Of a DNA stretch of 64,000 bases, positions 30,646 to 40,261 are shown in pieces. Source of the stretch: an uncultured cyanobacterium (GTDB lineage: Bacteria > Cyanobacteriota > Cyanobacteriia > Phormidesmidales > Phormidesmidaceae); assembly GCA_963793265.1 (NCBI GenBank), contig CAWBZI010000006.1, positions 832,001 to 896,000 of the forward strand, given 5' to 3'. The number at the start of each line of letters is the position of its first letter. Positions within the stretch are counted from its first letter, which is position 1. The translations under genes were made by a program, and so were the position numbers. Below the pieces are notes generated by a model. The model was not told the DNA's origin. It searched no databases and saw only the letters and a list, made by a program, of their open reading frames with translations.

Positions 30646-31584
30646 ATGCTGCAACTGACCCATCCTTCCACTACCACCCCCGCTCCTAGATTTGTGTCAC
30701 TTGAGGAGTCTTACGAGCGATGTCGTCAGATTACGGCAGAGTATTCCAAAACGTTCTATATGGGAACGCGGCTGATGCCAGAGGCCAAGAGCCGGGCTAT
30801 TTGGGCTATTTACGTATGGTGTCGCCGCACCGACGAACTCGTTGATGGCCCTCAGGCCAAATTCACCACTGAAAGCACGCTGGACCATTGGGAATCTCAG
30901 CTAGAGTCTTTGTTTTTAGGCCATCCTAAAGACGATTTAGACGTAGCGATGGTCGATACAATTGACCGCTTTGAGCTAGATATTCAGCCCTTTAGAGACA
31001 TGATTGCAGGTCAGCGAATGGATCTGCATCGTTCGCGCTACGACACGTTTGATGAGCTAAAGCTGTACTGCTACCGCGTTGCAGGCACGGTCGGGCTGAT
31101 GTCTACGACGGTGATGGGCATGGATGACAGCGTGAATACGGCTCCCTGGCAGCGAGAAAACCCGGCACTGCCGCCCATTCCAGAGGCGGTGTCTTTGGGT
31201 ATGGCTAACCAGCTTACGAATATTTTGAGAGATGTTGGGGAAGATGCTCGGCGCGATCGCATATACCTACCGCTAGAAGACCTGGCGCTGTTTGACTACA
31301 CTCAAGAAGATCTGTTCAACAGCGTGATTGACGATCGATGGAGAGCATTAATGCGCTTCCAAATTCAAAGAGCGCTCAAATATTATCAAGAAGCTGAAAG
31401 TGGCATTGGCCGGTTGCATCCTGACGCCCGCTGGCCGGTGTGGACGGCGCTAATGCTGTATCGCAAAATCTTAGATGTGATTGTTGAAAACGATTACGAC
31501 GTGTTCAATCGCAGGGCATTTGTGCCTAAAGCGCGGAAGTTTGTGTGCCTGCCCCAGGCGTTGATCAGGGCTCGCATTTCGTAG
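30646..31584 (+). CDS. crtB: Phytoene synthase
   Basis: KTFY.GT, CRRTDELVD, YCYRVAGTVG, NQLTNILRDVGED; ATG at 30646 preferred. Confidence 0.96.
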   Translation: MLQLTHPSTTTPAPRFVSLEESYERCRQITAEYSKTFYMGTRLMPEAKSRAIWAIYVWCRRTDELVDGPQAKFTTESTLDHWESQLESLFLGHPKDDLDVAMVDTIDRFELDIQPFRDMIAGQRMDLHRSRYDTFDELKLYCYRVAGTVGLMSTTVMGMDDSVNTAPWQRENPALPPIPEAVSLGMANQLTNILRDVGEDARRDRIYLPLEDLALFDYTQEDLFNSVIDDRWRALMRFQIQRALKYYQEAESGIGRLHPDARWPVWTALMLYRKILDVIVENDYDVFNRRAFVPKARKFVCLPQALIRARIS

Positions 31585-31604
31585 CGGCTGGTCGATATAG
31601 CGAT

Positions 31605-31644
31605 CAAAAAAGGCCATCTACCTATTGAGTAGATGGCCTTTTTG
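31605..31644. terminator. Bidirectional terminator between crtB and the RRM gene
   Basis: AAAAAGGCCATCTAC / GTAGATGGCCTTTTT. Confidence 0.8.
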
Positions 31645-31680
31645 CTAATTCAGCACTGGTTCAGCTTTGAGAGTTCAGCG

Positions 31681-32127
31681 CTAAGAGGGCGTGGTTTGCG
31701 CAGCCAGCATTTCTTTGAGCTTGGCCAAGTCTTGTGCCCAGCGCGGATCGGGCTCAGCCGACGCTGATTGGGTTTCGGAAGCAACGGCTGTGTTGCCGCC
31801 GCGACGGTTGCCGCCTTTTTTAGACTTGCGATCGCCACCCGACTCGCGTCCTGCGGCAGGGACATCTTCTTTTTCAGTGCGCGGCATGGCCTTTTCGACC
31901 TTCAGCGTTGCGTCTTGCAGCGTAAATCCGTTGTACTTCTCTACCAGCGCATCTGCAATCTCATCGGTTTTAGCCGTCACGAAACCGAAGCCGCGACACT
32001 TACCCGTTTTACGATCTGATATGAGTTTTACAGAAACCAAGCCGTCGGTTTCTTCAGTAAAAATAGCCTCGAACGCTTCGCGCTCTAAATCTCTAGGCAA
32101 ATTGCCAAAGTACAAACGAACTGACAT
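31681..32127 (-). CDS. RRM RNA-binding protein (Rbp3/RbpG type)
   Basis: RNP2 RLYFGNL, RNP1 RGFGFV, C-terminal PDPRWA..L.KLKE. Confidence 0.9.
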   Translation of the reverse strand: MSVRLYFGNLPRDLEREAFEAIFTEETDGLVSVKLISDRKTGKCRGFGFVTAKTDEIADALVEKYNGFTLQDATLKVEKAMPRTEKEDVPAAGRESGGDRKSKKGGNRRGGNTAVASETQSASAEPDPRWAQDLAKLKEMLAAQTTPS

Positions 32128-32444
32128 CGAGAATGACCTCTAACTTTTAAATTTGATTTCAAGCTTCAAGAACGCTCAAAAGCCAGAACTCGCTAGCCAA
32201 AGGACGCCTGTGATGCTTCACCCATGGAAAGATGGAAGGAAGAAATGAAAAAACTTTCTTTTTGCTTCAGCTTCTTTAAAGTATCACGGCGACTGTAGCC
32301 AAACCAAACCTAAAATCAGAATTTATACCTACGGTTAAAATCCGGCTGTGCTAGCGACTCAATAGAGCCCAGATTCGAGCTAGAGCCCGAACTTAGACCA
32401 AAGCCACAGCGGCGAATGCTGCCTCGAACCTTAAAAGAGCGCAA

Positions 32445-32525
32445 TAAAAAGCCAGTCGGAAAAACCGACTGGCCGAGATGCTGTGTTGAGAGTAGGAGAA
32501 CCTATGCTTTGGGCATTGAGTTCTT
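32445..32525 (-). ncRNA. Candidate small RNA (about 80 nt)
   Basis: TG-n-TAGATT extended -10 upstream, 5' hairpin, CU-rich single-stranded core, strong terminator GCCAGTCGG-TTTTT-CCGACTGGC-TTTTT. Confidence 0.45.
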
Positions 32526-32598
32526 ACGGTGAATCTAACACCCTTTTACAGACTTCGCAATGTTTCTTTACATTCAGCCTGTTCAGCCATTTCAAGCG

Positions 32599-34878
32599 CT
32601 ACCCAAAAATCTTGTGAGTTGCTTCTTGAAAGAATTGCTCGAAGCCTAACAGCCATAGGCCAAGCATTGCTGTAACAACGGCCACTAGCAGCGACGCAAT
32701 CGGATGGGCAGCTTGGAGCAAGGTGCCATTGTTAAGCCGAATTTTGTCGATGTCTATCCAGGCGTGATTGCCTCGACGAAACCAGCCGAGGACTTGAACA
32801 GGTTTGCCAAGGAGGGCAGCAGGCTTTTGTTGCAAGCCGATAGCATTGCCCAGCGGGCCGATTGCTGAGAAGAAGTGAAGTTTGAGCAAGCCTTCTGACG
32901 TTTTGAGCATAAGGTCTTGACCCAGCCAATTAGCAATGCCGGGTCTACCCACGATCGTGCCTGCAAACTTGGCAGGGAGGCTGCTGTTGGGTAACAAACT
33001 TGGCTCGCTGATCCATTGGGAAAGCTGCTGCGAGAGCGTCATGCCAAAGGTGAGATCGGGAAAGAAGCGGTTGATGCGGAGCATTGTGCCTAAGCCTAAG
33101 CCCATCAGCGGACAGAACCAGAATGTTCGAGAGTCCTTGTACATCCAGTCGAGAAACGGCCACTGTAGCCAGTGCCCAATAGCGCCGACTATAAGCAAGC
33201 TGATACCTATAGCAAGGCCAGTCAGCAAGCCGAAAAAGGGCATACCCTGACCGATTAGCATTATCCAGTTTTGTTGAGATAAACCCTTTTGGCGTTTAGG
33301 GGGTGCAGCCAGCGGTATTTCACTATCTAGCTTCCAGTGCCGGGCGTAGGCCATGATCAGGCGGAGGCGATCGCCCAAAGGCGGATGGGCATCACTTACG
33401 CTCATCCAATTGCGCAGCGGATTCAGGCTATCCCAAGCAAACAGCTCAGCTAAAGGCATAGTGCCGTATAAAGACTGGCGGGTCAGCTCGACAGAAACTG
33501 GCAGCATCAAGGCCAGTCGCTCAATTGAAACTGGGGTGTAGCCTTGTTTGTCGATGCTGCTAGCTAAGGCGAAAGACAGCTTGGCTAAAGCGCGGGCGTG
33601 ACCGTTAGGGTTTCCTGTTATTTCAACGGTGGTGCGATCGCCATAATAAGTTCGCACTCGGCTAATCCACATCATCGGCAGTCGCGATAGCCAAAAAATC
33701 CCATAGCTAATAGTGGCAACTATTCCTACTGCCCACTGAACGGGCTTGGCCTGATGGTTTCCCCAGAGCGCCAGCTTCCAGTAGACCTGATGAAAGAGCT
33801 GAAGCACTAAACCCTGTAGCGATAGCAGCGGCCAGTACATCGTTTTCCAATGAGACACTTCATACACAACTAAAGCGGCAATCTCGTCGGCTGAGAGCGC
33901 TGATAGTAAGCCTTCGCTAACGACGAGCCTGGCATTGCGCGGTAGCCAGCCGTAGGAAAAGATGAGCGGCACGTCTGTGTTGAGTTTCCACAGGGTAGGA
34001 AGCGGCCAGCGGTGCTGTTGGCAGCGTTTGCCTAGCAAGGTAGCGGCTTCAGGGGAATAAGTGCGAAGCTTTGGGATGGAAAAGGACTGGCGATCGCTGG
34101 TGAAGCGTAGCCATAAATCCCATAGCCAGGGGGAAGCAATCAAAAGTCCAAAGAGAACACCAAACACCATCCAGGCCCAGTATTGATAGTGCGGCGATAA
34201 GTAGAAAAACCCTATCCTTATCGGCAGGATGTTCAGGATTCTATAGAGCGTGTCTAGAACTTTGTTGATTGGCTCGACCACGCTGTAGATCAAGTAGAGC
34301 AGTAGGGCGTAGAAGGCGGTTATGCCGATCGTTTGGGCAAACCATAGGGGCGATCGCTTCATTTTGCCGAGCGATCGCCCTTTGGTTAAGCGGCCCGCAT
34401 TTGGCCATTCATAGGATGGCGGGGCTACTGGCGGGGCTTCAGGGATAGGCCCAGCGGCAGAGGGTTCGACTGGGATAGGGTCGTCTTCGCCGTTGAGGTA
34501 GGCGTAGTGAAACATTGAAACCGCAGGCGGTGCAGTTTCCAAAGGAACAAATCCAGATGGCGAGCTTTTTGATATAGGTTTCTTTGGCGTATTAGTAGGC
34601 GATCGCGCTTCAATTTTCTCAAGTGTCGTTGTCGCCCACTGCTGGATAGAAGGCTGCGAGCTGCGACCGATTTTTTGACAGATAGATTTGGCCTTAGCCC
34701 ATTCTTGCTGTGCCATATAGACGCGCACTAAGCCCATGCCTGCTTTGGTGCGATAGGTGCGGCTTGGGGTGCGGCTGAGTTTGGAAAGGGTTGCGATCGC
34801 CTGCTTGTAATCGCCTTGTTTGTAAGCTGCAATGCCAGCCGCGAGCAATTGTTCTAAATCGGGCAGCGCGGTGGTCAT
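32599..34878 (-). CDS. M48 (HtpX-like) membrane metalloprotease homologue with N-terminal TPR
   Basis: VVSEGLL..L..DEI.A..YEVSH, TGNP...ARALAKL, HPPLGDRL; ATG at 34878 preferred. Confidence 0.82.
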   Translation of the reverse strand: MTTALPDLEQLLAAGIAAYKQGDYKQAIATLSKLSRTPSRTYRTKAGMGLVRVYMAQQEWAKAKSICQKIGRSSQPSIQQWATTTLEKIEARSPTNTPKKPISKSSPSGFVPLETAPPAVSMFHYAYLNGEDDPIPVEPSAAGPIPEAPPVAPPSYEWPNAGRLTKGRSLGKMKRSPLWFAQTIGITAFYALLLYLIYSVVEPINKVLDTLYRILNILPIRIGFFYLSPHYQYWAWMVFGVLFGLLIASPWLWDLWLRFTSDRQSFSIPKLRTYSPEAATLLGKRCQQHRWPLPTLWKLNTDVPLIFSYGWLPRNARLVVSEGLLSALSADEIAALVVYEVSHWKTMYWPLLSLQGLVLQLFHQVYWKLALWGNHQAKPVQWAVGIVATISYGIFWLSRLPMMWISRVRTYYGDRTTVEITGNPNGHARALAKLSFALASSIDKQGYTPVSIERLALMLPVSVELTRQSLYGTMPLAELFAWDSLNPLRNWMSVSDAHPPLGDRLRLIMAYARHWKLDSEIPLAAPPKRQKGLSQQNWIMLIGQGMPFFGLLTGLAIGISLLIVGAIGHWLQWPFLDWMYKDSRTFWFCPLMGLGLGTMLRINRFFPDLTFGMTLSQQLSQWISEPSLLPNSSLPAKFAGTIVGRPGIANWLGQDLMLKTSEGLLKLHFFSAIGPLGNAIGLQQKPAALLGKPVQVLGWFRRGNHAWIDIDKIRLNNGTLLQAAHPIASLLVAVVTAMLGLWLLGFEQFFQEATHKIFG

Positions 34879-35070
34879 AGGCTTTTCGTTGATAGGCGGC
34901 TTTAATGCACTCGCCCTCAGCAACGTAGGGCTCAGGCTCAGGGTACGCAAATCAACAATTTTTATAACTTAGGCACTATGATCGTTAGAGAATATATTAA
35001 GAGACGGTTAACATTTTCTTCGGTCGCTTTTTCTCTGGGTATTTTTTCTTTGGTCACTTTTTGAGGATAA

Positions 35071-35826
35071 ATGTCTAGCGCCTTACTTATTTCTCTACTC
35101 GCCTCAGTTAGCTTTACGGCATGGTTTATCAGCATGTTGGTCGGCGGTGGCAGTCCGTTAATTTTGATTCCTACAGTGACGTTATTGCTGGGTGCTCAGT
35201 CAGTAGCGCCCGTGCTGACGATTGGCAGCGTTCTTGGGAATATGCAGCGTAGTGCGTTGCTTTGGCGGCATATTGACTGGTCGCTGACGCTTTGGCAGGT
35301 GCCGGGTGTGATTGTCGGCTCAGTGCTAGGAGCCTATGCGTTTACGCAGGTGCAGGCGGAGGGATTGCAGGTTTTTATTGCGATCGCTCTTCTATATATG
35401 GTGGTGCATTCTGTACTGAGCGATCGCATCAACCTGCCGAAAGTGGTGTTTAAGGTTTGGTATTTTTTGCCTTTGGGATTTTGTAATGCGATCGCCTCTG
35501 GCCTCATCGGCAGCACTGGCCCAATCTTAAATCCCGCCTATCTCAGCTATGGCCTAGAAAAAGAGCAAATGGTCGCCACCAGAGCCGCCAGCCTTACGCT
35601 CACTCATGTCGTCAAGATTTTGACCTACACTGCGCTAGGCGTACTGTCGCCAACGTTAGTAGGCTATGGCCTAATCGTGGGTTGTGCGGCGCTACCGGCT
35701 AATTGGTTAGGACGCAAAGTACTCGAAAAAATGAGCGCCGAGCAGTTTCAGATTGCGGTTGTTAGCTTCATCGGGCTTAGCGGCGTTTGGATGCTGTGGC
35801 AACAGCGCGCCTTTTTTGTTCATTAA
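35071..35826 (+). CDS. Sulfite exporter TauE/SafE family protein
   Basis: GGGSPLILIP, internal repeat, about 8 TM helices. Confidence 0.85.
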   Translation: MSSALLISLLASVSFTAWFISMLVGGGSPLILIPTVTLLLGAQSVAPVLTIGSVLGNMQRSALLWRHIDWSLTLWQVPGVIVGSVLGAYAFTQVQAEGLQVFIAIALLYMVVHSVLSDRINLPKVVFKVWYFLPLGFCNAIASGLIGSTGPILNPAYLSYGLEKEQMVATRAASLTLTHVVKILTYTALGVLSPTLVGYGLIVGCAALPANWLGRKVLEKMSAEQFQIAVVSFIGLSGVWMLWQQRAFFVH

Positions 35827-35856
35827 GTTTGGCCTATCGATTTATCGGATAGAAAA

Positions 35857-37116
35857 TCAATCCTTCTTCAATAGACTTTCAACGACTGCATATAGGCTCT
35901 CTTCACTTTCTCCGGCTATCTGACGGTCTTTAAGATCAATTAGACCGTGGGCTAGCTCTGCCGCTCGTTTTTTGTAGTTGTTATTAGCTGCCAATAAGTC
36001 TGTAAATACTTCTTGCTCAACTTCTAACCGGCTAGCCTCGTCTGCAATCGGAGACTCGTAGGCGGCTTCGTCTACGTCGTAGCGGAGGAGAAAAATAAGC
36101 GCGTTGCACTGTTCTTGCAGTTGCTTTTGCAGCACCTTGGTATCTAGTTCTAGGCGGTCAAAGCCTACGGTGCCAGTAATGCGTAGCTCTACGATGGGCT
36201 GGTCTTCAGGGATGATTTCTTTGGATTTTAGAGATTTTTCGATTAGGGTGATCGCTTTGGTAGAGATAGATTCGATGGGGTCTTGCGATCGCACCTTCAT
36301 TGGCAGTCTCACAATCGACCTCTGCTGATAGTCAGTCTTCAGCTCAGCTCGAACCCCAGTCTCATCAATCTCAACCAAATAAGCCCCGCGCTGAAACCGA
36401 CTCTCTTCGATATTATTCGCCTCTATCGAACCAGGGTTAAAAATCCAACCATCTTCCTCATAGTTTTTATGAATATGACCGAGCGCCAAGTAATCGATTC
36501 CTGCCTTCTTTAGCGGCAGCACTTCACCATATCGCAGCGCCCCAGCATAGCGAGCAATTTGCCCCTCTAGCCCATGGTGAAATAGCAAAATAGAAGGGCC
36601 AGGCGCAGGCGGTAAGTCACCTAGCGCCTTAGCAATCTGCTCAATCGCTCTCGGAGCCGCCGCGCCATACCAGCTAGAGCCCAACACCCGTACGCCGCAG
36701 TCAAGATCGATATACCCGCCGCGCTTAGACTGCTCATCCCAGGGTAAGTAAAAAGGCTCACCGTCACTGATATTACCGGGCTCTAGCAGCTTCAACAGCC
36801 GCCACTCTGACAGGTATCGCAGCCAGCTCGATTTGGTACCGTAGGGCGCATTGTCATGATTTCCCTCGATAGCCAGCACTGGAATCCCAGCAGCTTTTAG
36901 CATCTCAAGACAGATTTGAGCCTGGTTGAGAATAGCGGGCTGAATGTTGCGATGCTCGAATAGGTCACCGCCAATAATCACAAAATCAACGGCTTCACCA
37001 ACAGCGTATTTTTCTAAGACGTTGTGTAGCGAATAGAAAAAGTCCAGCGTTCGTTGGCTGCTGTCGTAGCGGTCGAAGCCAAGGTGAATATCGGAGATGT
37101 GCAGGAACTTTGCCAT
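35857..37116 (-). CDS. sbcD: SbcD/Mre11 DNA repair exonuclease
   Basis: DIHLG, GDLF, GNHD, HHG, ALGHIH, NPGSIE metallophosphoesterase motifs. Confidence 0.9.
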   Translation of the reverse strand: MAKFLHISDIHLGFDRYDSSQRTLDFFYSLHNVLEKYAVGEAVDFVIIGGDLFEHRNIQPAILNQAQICLEMLKAAGIPVLAIEGNHDNAPYGTKSSWLRYLSEWRLLKLLEPGNISDGEPFYLPWDEQSKRGGYIDLDCGVRVLGSSWYGAAAPRAIEQIAKALGDLPPAPGPSILLFHHGLEGQIARYAGALRYGEVLPLKKAGIDYLALGHIHKNYEEDGWIFNPGSIEANNIEESRFQRGAYLVEIDETGVRAELKTDYQQRSIVRLPMKVRSQDPIESISTKAITLIEKSLKSKEIIPEDQPIVELRITGTVGFDRLELDTKVLQKQLQEQCNALIFLLRYDVDEAAYESPIADEASRLEVEQEVFTDLLAANNNYKKRAAELAHGLIDLKDRQIAGESEESLYAVVESLLKKD

Positions 37117-37280
37117 TAGCGTACGAGAGGATAAAACACGAGTCTCAATCGTAGAGCGTTTATTCTAGAACAGATGAACTGTCTAGTCGAGATGATCCTT
37201 TTGTTTCAGGGCTCTCTTACAGGTTTCTCAGGCTCAATGAGAGGACACTGAGTATCACCTGTGAACACTTCAAGGCAACG

Positions 37281-37307
37281 TCTCAGCTAATCTCAGCGAG
37301 GTCTTAA
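37281..37307 (+). promoter_or_regulatory. Helically phased direct repeats, candidate OmpR-family operator
   Basis: TCTCAG (37281), TCTCAG (37291), TCTTAA (37302), at 10-11 nt periodicity about 85-110 nt before the repeat-protein ATG. Confidence 0.4.
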
Positions 37308-37390
37308 TTGGGCTTCAGAACGCGGCTTAGTAGGCATGGCATTCTTGAATCAATGAAGCAAACACATTGACTCCCAAGGAGACACACGCC

Positions 37391-37846
37391 ATGAAAACTT
37401 CCACTATCCAACAAGCTTTCGCCGCTCTACTTTTGACCACAGCTACCGTTGCATTTGCCCCGGCTGCTACTGCCGCTGAATCAAAAGCAATTACGAACAT
37501 TCAGGCCACTCGCTTAGAGCGACTCAATACGCAATCCAAGTCAATTGACGACATTCAAGTCACTCGCCTTGACTTTCTTGATAACCAGACAAAATCTGTC
37601 GAGAACATTCAAAAGACCCGTCTAGATTTTTTGACTAATCACGACTCATCAAAGGCTGTTGAGAACATTCAAAAGACTCGTCTAGATTTTCTGGCCAACC
37701 ACGACTCATCAAAATCTGTTGAGAACATCCAAAAGACTCGCTTAGAATTCCTAACTAATCACGACTCGTCGAAATCCGTTGAGAATATCCAAAAGACTCG
37801 TCTGGAGTTCTTGACTAACCACGACTCGTCAAAGGCCGTTAAGTAG
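37391..37846 (+). CDS. Secreted tandem-repeat protein
   Basis: AAGGAG SD before the ATG at 37391, Sec-type signal peptide ending ATA-AE, six 18-20 aa repeats. Confidence 0.85.
   Translation: MKTSTIQQAFAALLLTTATVAFAPAATAAESKAITNIQATRLERLNTQSKSIDDIQVTRLDFLDNQTKSVENIQKTRLDFLTNHDSSKAVENIQKTRLDFLANHDSSKSVENIQKTRLEFLTNHDSSKSVENIQKTRLEFLTNHDSSKAVK
37481..37843 (+). repeat. Coding tandem repeat: two 54-nt and four 60-nt units
   Basis: Unit SK(S/A)VENIQKTRL(D/E)FL(T/A)NHDS; nucleotide differences mostly at third codon positions. Confidence 0.92.
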
Positions 37847-37889
37847 TCCCCTATAGCATTTCAAAATCAACTATTAAGGTCAGCCACTT

Positions 37890-37936
37890 ACCGAAGTACT
37901 GGGTCAGCAGAGATTGACTCAGTACTTCGGTTTTTT
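37890..37936 (+). terminator. Intrinsic terminator
   Basis: ACCGAAGTACTGGGTCA / TGACTCAGTACTTCGGT followed by a T-run. Confidence 0.85.
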
Positions 37937-38021
37937 GGCTAGCCTGTCAAGTTTGGACACCCTATGGTTCCTTGAGAATTTATAGCTTCATTCGCTGGGT
38001 GTCCTTTCCTACTTCATGTCA

Positions 38022-38645
38022 TTATTTGGCCGTCAATACTTGTTCGGCGGTTAGCGTTAGGTCAGGAAAAGTAAGAGAGGTGATGGGGCGATCGCCTCGA
38101 AGCAACTGAACATCATATTCCCCATTTACTAAAGTGCAAACTGAAAGGGTTGGCTGTTTGGGCTTACCGATATGCCGAATGCCACCTAAGCCCGCGTAGT
38201 CGGCAATCCAGTATTCAGGAATGCCTAAAGTCGCATAGTCTTCGAGCTTTCGAGCATAGTCGTTTTGCCAATTGCTGCTCACGACTTCTGACACGAACTT
38301 AAGCGAACTGCCTAGCGTAAGAATGGACTGTTCGCGCCAGAGCGGTTCTTTACCCAGTTCTGAACGGTCAACGATAGCGACATCAGGCCGAAAGGCAGTC
38401 ATGCCTGTATTCGCAGGCCGCAGCAATCCGCGCTGAAGAACAAACCAAGGCTGGCTGGCTTTGTCGATTTGGACGCAAGCTTTTGTGGTGATGAAGGCGG
38501 CAACCTCTTCGTGCTGACCTGTAGGTTCCAAGTCAAAGACCTCTCCATCTATCAATTCGTAGCGGTTGTCGTCACCGTATTGGGCAATGAACTCGTTAAA
38601 GCTTAAAGGCTTAAGTTGTACGGATTGATCGGTTGCAGCAGTCAT
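38022..38645 (-). CDS. Uma2 family endonuclease-like protein
   Basis: RYELIDGE, RPDVAI, EVVSSNW..DY..K..DYA.LGIPEYWI. Confidence 0.9.
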   Translation of the reverse strand: MTAATDQSVQLKPLSFNEFIAQYGDDNRYELIDGEVFDLEPTGQHEEVAAFITTKACVQIDKASQPWFVLQRGLLRPANTGMTAFRPDVAIVDRSELGKEPLWREQSILTLGSSLKFVSEVVSSNWQNDYARKLEDYATLGIPEYWIADYAGLGGIRHIGKPKQPTLSVCTLVNGEYDVQLLRGDRPITSLTFPDLTLTAEQVLTAK

Positions 38646-38685
38646 CGGCTACCTCAGTGTCCCTTCAACGTTCTTAGTTTATAAG

Positions 38686-39789
38686 CTAAACCTGTTCTGT
38701 CGTGGAGGCTGCAAGTTCTTCTAGCTGTGCCTGCTGATCTTGAGAGATGCAAGACTGAATGACAGGTTCAATGTCGCCTTCTAAAACACTGGGGAGCGAG
38801 AAGTTTTGGTTGAGGCGGTGATCCGTCATGCGGTTGTCTTTGTAGTTGTAGGTGCGGATTTTTTCGGAGCGAGAGCCGGAGCCAACTTGTGATCGCCTAG
38901 TCGCCGTAATCTCATCCTGCTGCTCTTGCAGCTTCATCTCATACAGCTTGGCTCTGAGGATCTGCATGGCGCGCTCTCGGTTTTGCATCTGCGATCGCTC
39001 CTCAGTACAAAACACCCGAATTCCTGTCGGCTTATGAATCAAATCCACCGCCGTCTCTACCTTGTTCACATTCTGACCACCCGCACCGCCTGATCGCGCT
39101 GTCGTCATCGTAATTTCCTTCGGGTCGATATGAATTTCCACATCGTCCACCTCTGGCATCACCGCCACAGTCGCCGTAGACGTATGCACCCGCCCGCCCG
39201 ATTCTGTCATCGGCACCCGCTGCACCCGATGCACCCCCGACTCAAACTTCAGCTTGCTATAAACCTGATCGCCTTTAACTTCTATCACGGCCTCTTTCAC
39301 ACCGCCCATATCCGCCCGCGATTCGCTCAGCAGGCTCGCCTTCCACCCCTGCCCTTCTGCATACCGACTATACAGCCGCAGCAAATCTCCAGCCCAAATC
39401 CCCGCTTCATCACCGCCCGTACCGGCTCTAATCTCTAACATGATGTTCTTTTCATCGTTAGGATCTCTCGGCAGCAGCAGCACCTTCAGCCGTTCTTCTA
39501 GCTTCTCAGTCCTTTCCTCTAGCTCAGTAACCTCCAGCCCCGCCATCTCGTACATTTCAGAGTCATTAGCCGCTTCTTTATAAATTTCTCGTGCGCCCGT
39601 CAGCTCCTCTTGCACCTCCTGCCATTCGTGGTAGGTCTGCACCGTCTCTTCTAGGGACGCTCTGAGCTTGGCAATTTTTTGGAACTCATCAGGATCTCTG
39701 GCCACGTCAGGGTCGGCCATCCGAAGCGTCAGCTCCTTGAAGGTCTGTTCTACTGAGTCTAGTTTTTGTAGAAGATAAGATTCAGCCAT
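38686..39789 (-). CDS. prfA: Peptide chain release factor 1
   Basis: [18 protein letters not shown] (PxT motif), GGQ. Confidence 0.97.
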   Translation of the reverse strand: MAESYLLQKLDSVEQTFKELTLRMADPDVARDPDEFQKIAKLRASLEETVQTYHEWQEVQEELTGAREIYKEAANDSEMYEMAGLEVTELEERTEKLEERLKVLLLPRDPNDEKNIMLEIRAGTGGDEAGIWAGDLLRLYSRYAEGQGWKASLLSESRADMGGVKEAVIEVKGDQVYSKLKFESGVHRVQRVPMTESGGRVHTSTATVAVMPEVDDVEIHIDPKEITMTTARSGGAGGQNVNKVETAVDLIHKPTGIRVFCTEERSQMQNRERAMQILRAKLYEMKLQEQQDEITATRRSQVGSGSRSEKIRTYNYKDNRMTDHRLNQNFSLPSVLEGDIEPVIQSCISQDQQAQLEELAASTTEQV

Positions 39790-39853
39790 TGCCGGTTACC
39801 TGAAGTGTGATTGCTAAGGATATTAGAGAGAAATCAAAAGAAAAACTGCTGCC

Positions 39854-39909
39854 AAAAAAATATCCGAGCGGCTAACCCCATTTTATAGAAGAGGTCGGAC
39901 ACTCGGATA
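39854..39909 (-). terminator. Terminator after rpmE
   Basis: TATCCGAG...CTCGGATA stem followed by T7 on the minus strand. Confidence 0.65.
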
Positions 39910-39927
39910 GTGATGTTGGGGCGATCG

Positions 39928-40215
39928 CTACTTCTCAGCGTCGCTCGATCCACTGGTTTCTTGGGTCGTTTCTTCGGTCGTCTCTCCGGTTGTTTCTTCA
40001 TCAGTTTCCGAAGACATACCGTACTTACGCAAGAACCGCTCAACGCGACCCTCGGTGTCAATAATCTTCTGCGTACCGGTGTAGAAGGGGTGGTTACCCG
40101 ACCATACATCGACGCTTAGTTCAGGCTTGGTAGAGCCCACGGTCATGACCTGTTTGCCGTTGCAAAAGACCTTGGCCTCGGGGTACCACTTTGGATGGAT
40201 ATCAGCTTTTGGCAT
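39928..40215 (-). CDS. rpmE: 50S ribosomal protein L31
   Basis: IHPKWY, VDVWSGNHPFYTG, GRVERF; acidic C-terminal tail. Confidence 0.96.
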   Translation of the reverse strand: MPKADIHPKWYPEAKVFCNGKQVMTVGSTKPELSVDVWSGNHPFYTGTQKIIDTEGRVERFLRKYGMSSETDEETTGETTEETTQETSGSSDAEK

Positions 40216-40261
40216 TGTTGTAGTTAGATGAAAATTTGGGTTTGTATCGAAATAGAAAGAA

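Noticed and set aside
35857..37116. sbcD without an adjacent sbcC
   Set aside because: sbcC may lie elsewhere in the genome; this cannot be judged from the window
37481..37843. 60-nt periodic repeat as a possible CRISPR array
   Set aside because: No unique spacers; the units are in-frame coding repeats with third-position variation, and no cas genes are present
37940..38005. TGTCAAGTTTGGACACCC ... GGGTGTCC as an IS end or MITE
   Set aside because: Only an 8-bp inverted repeat, with no target duplication or transposase
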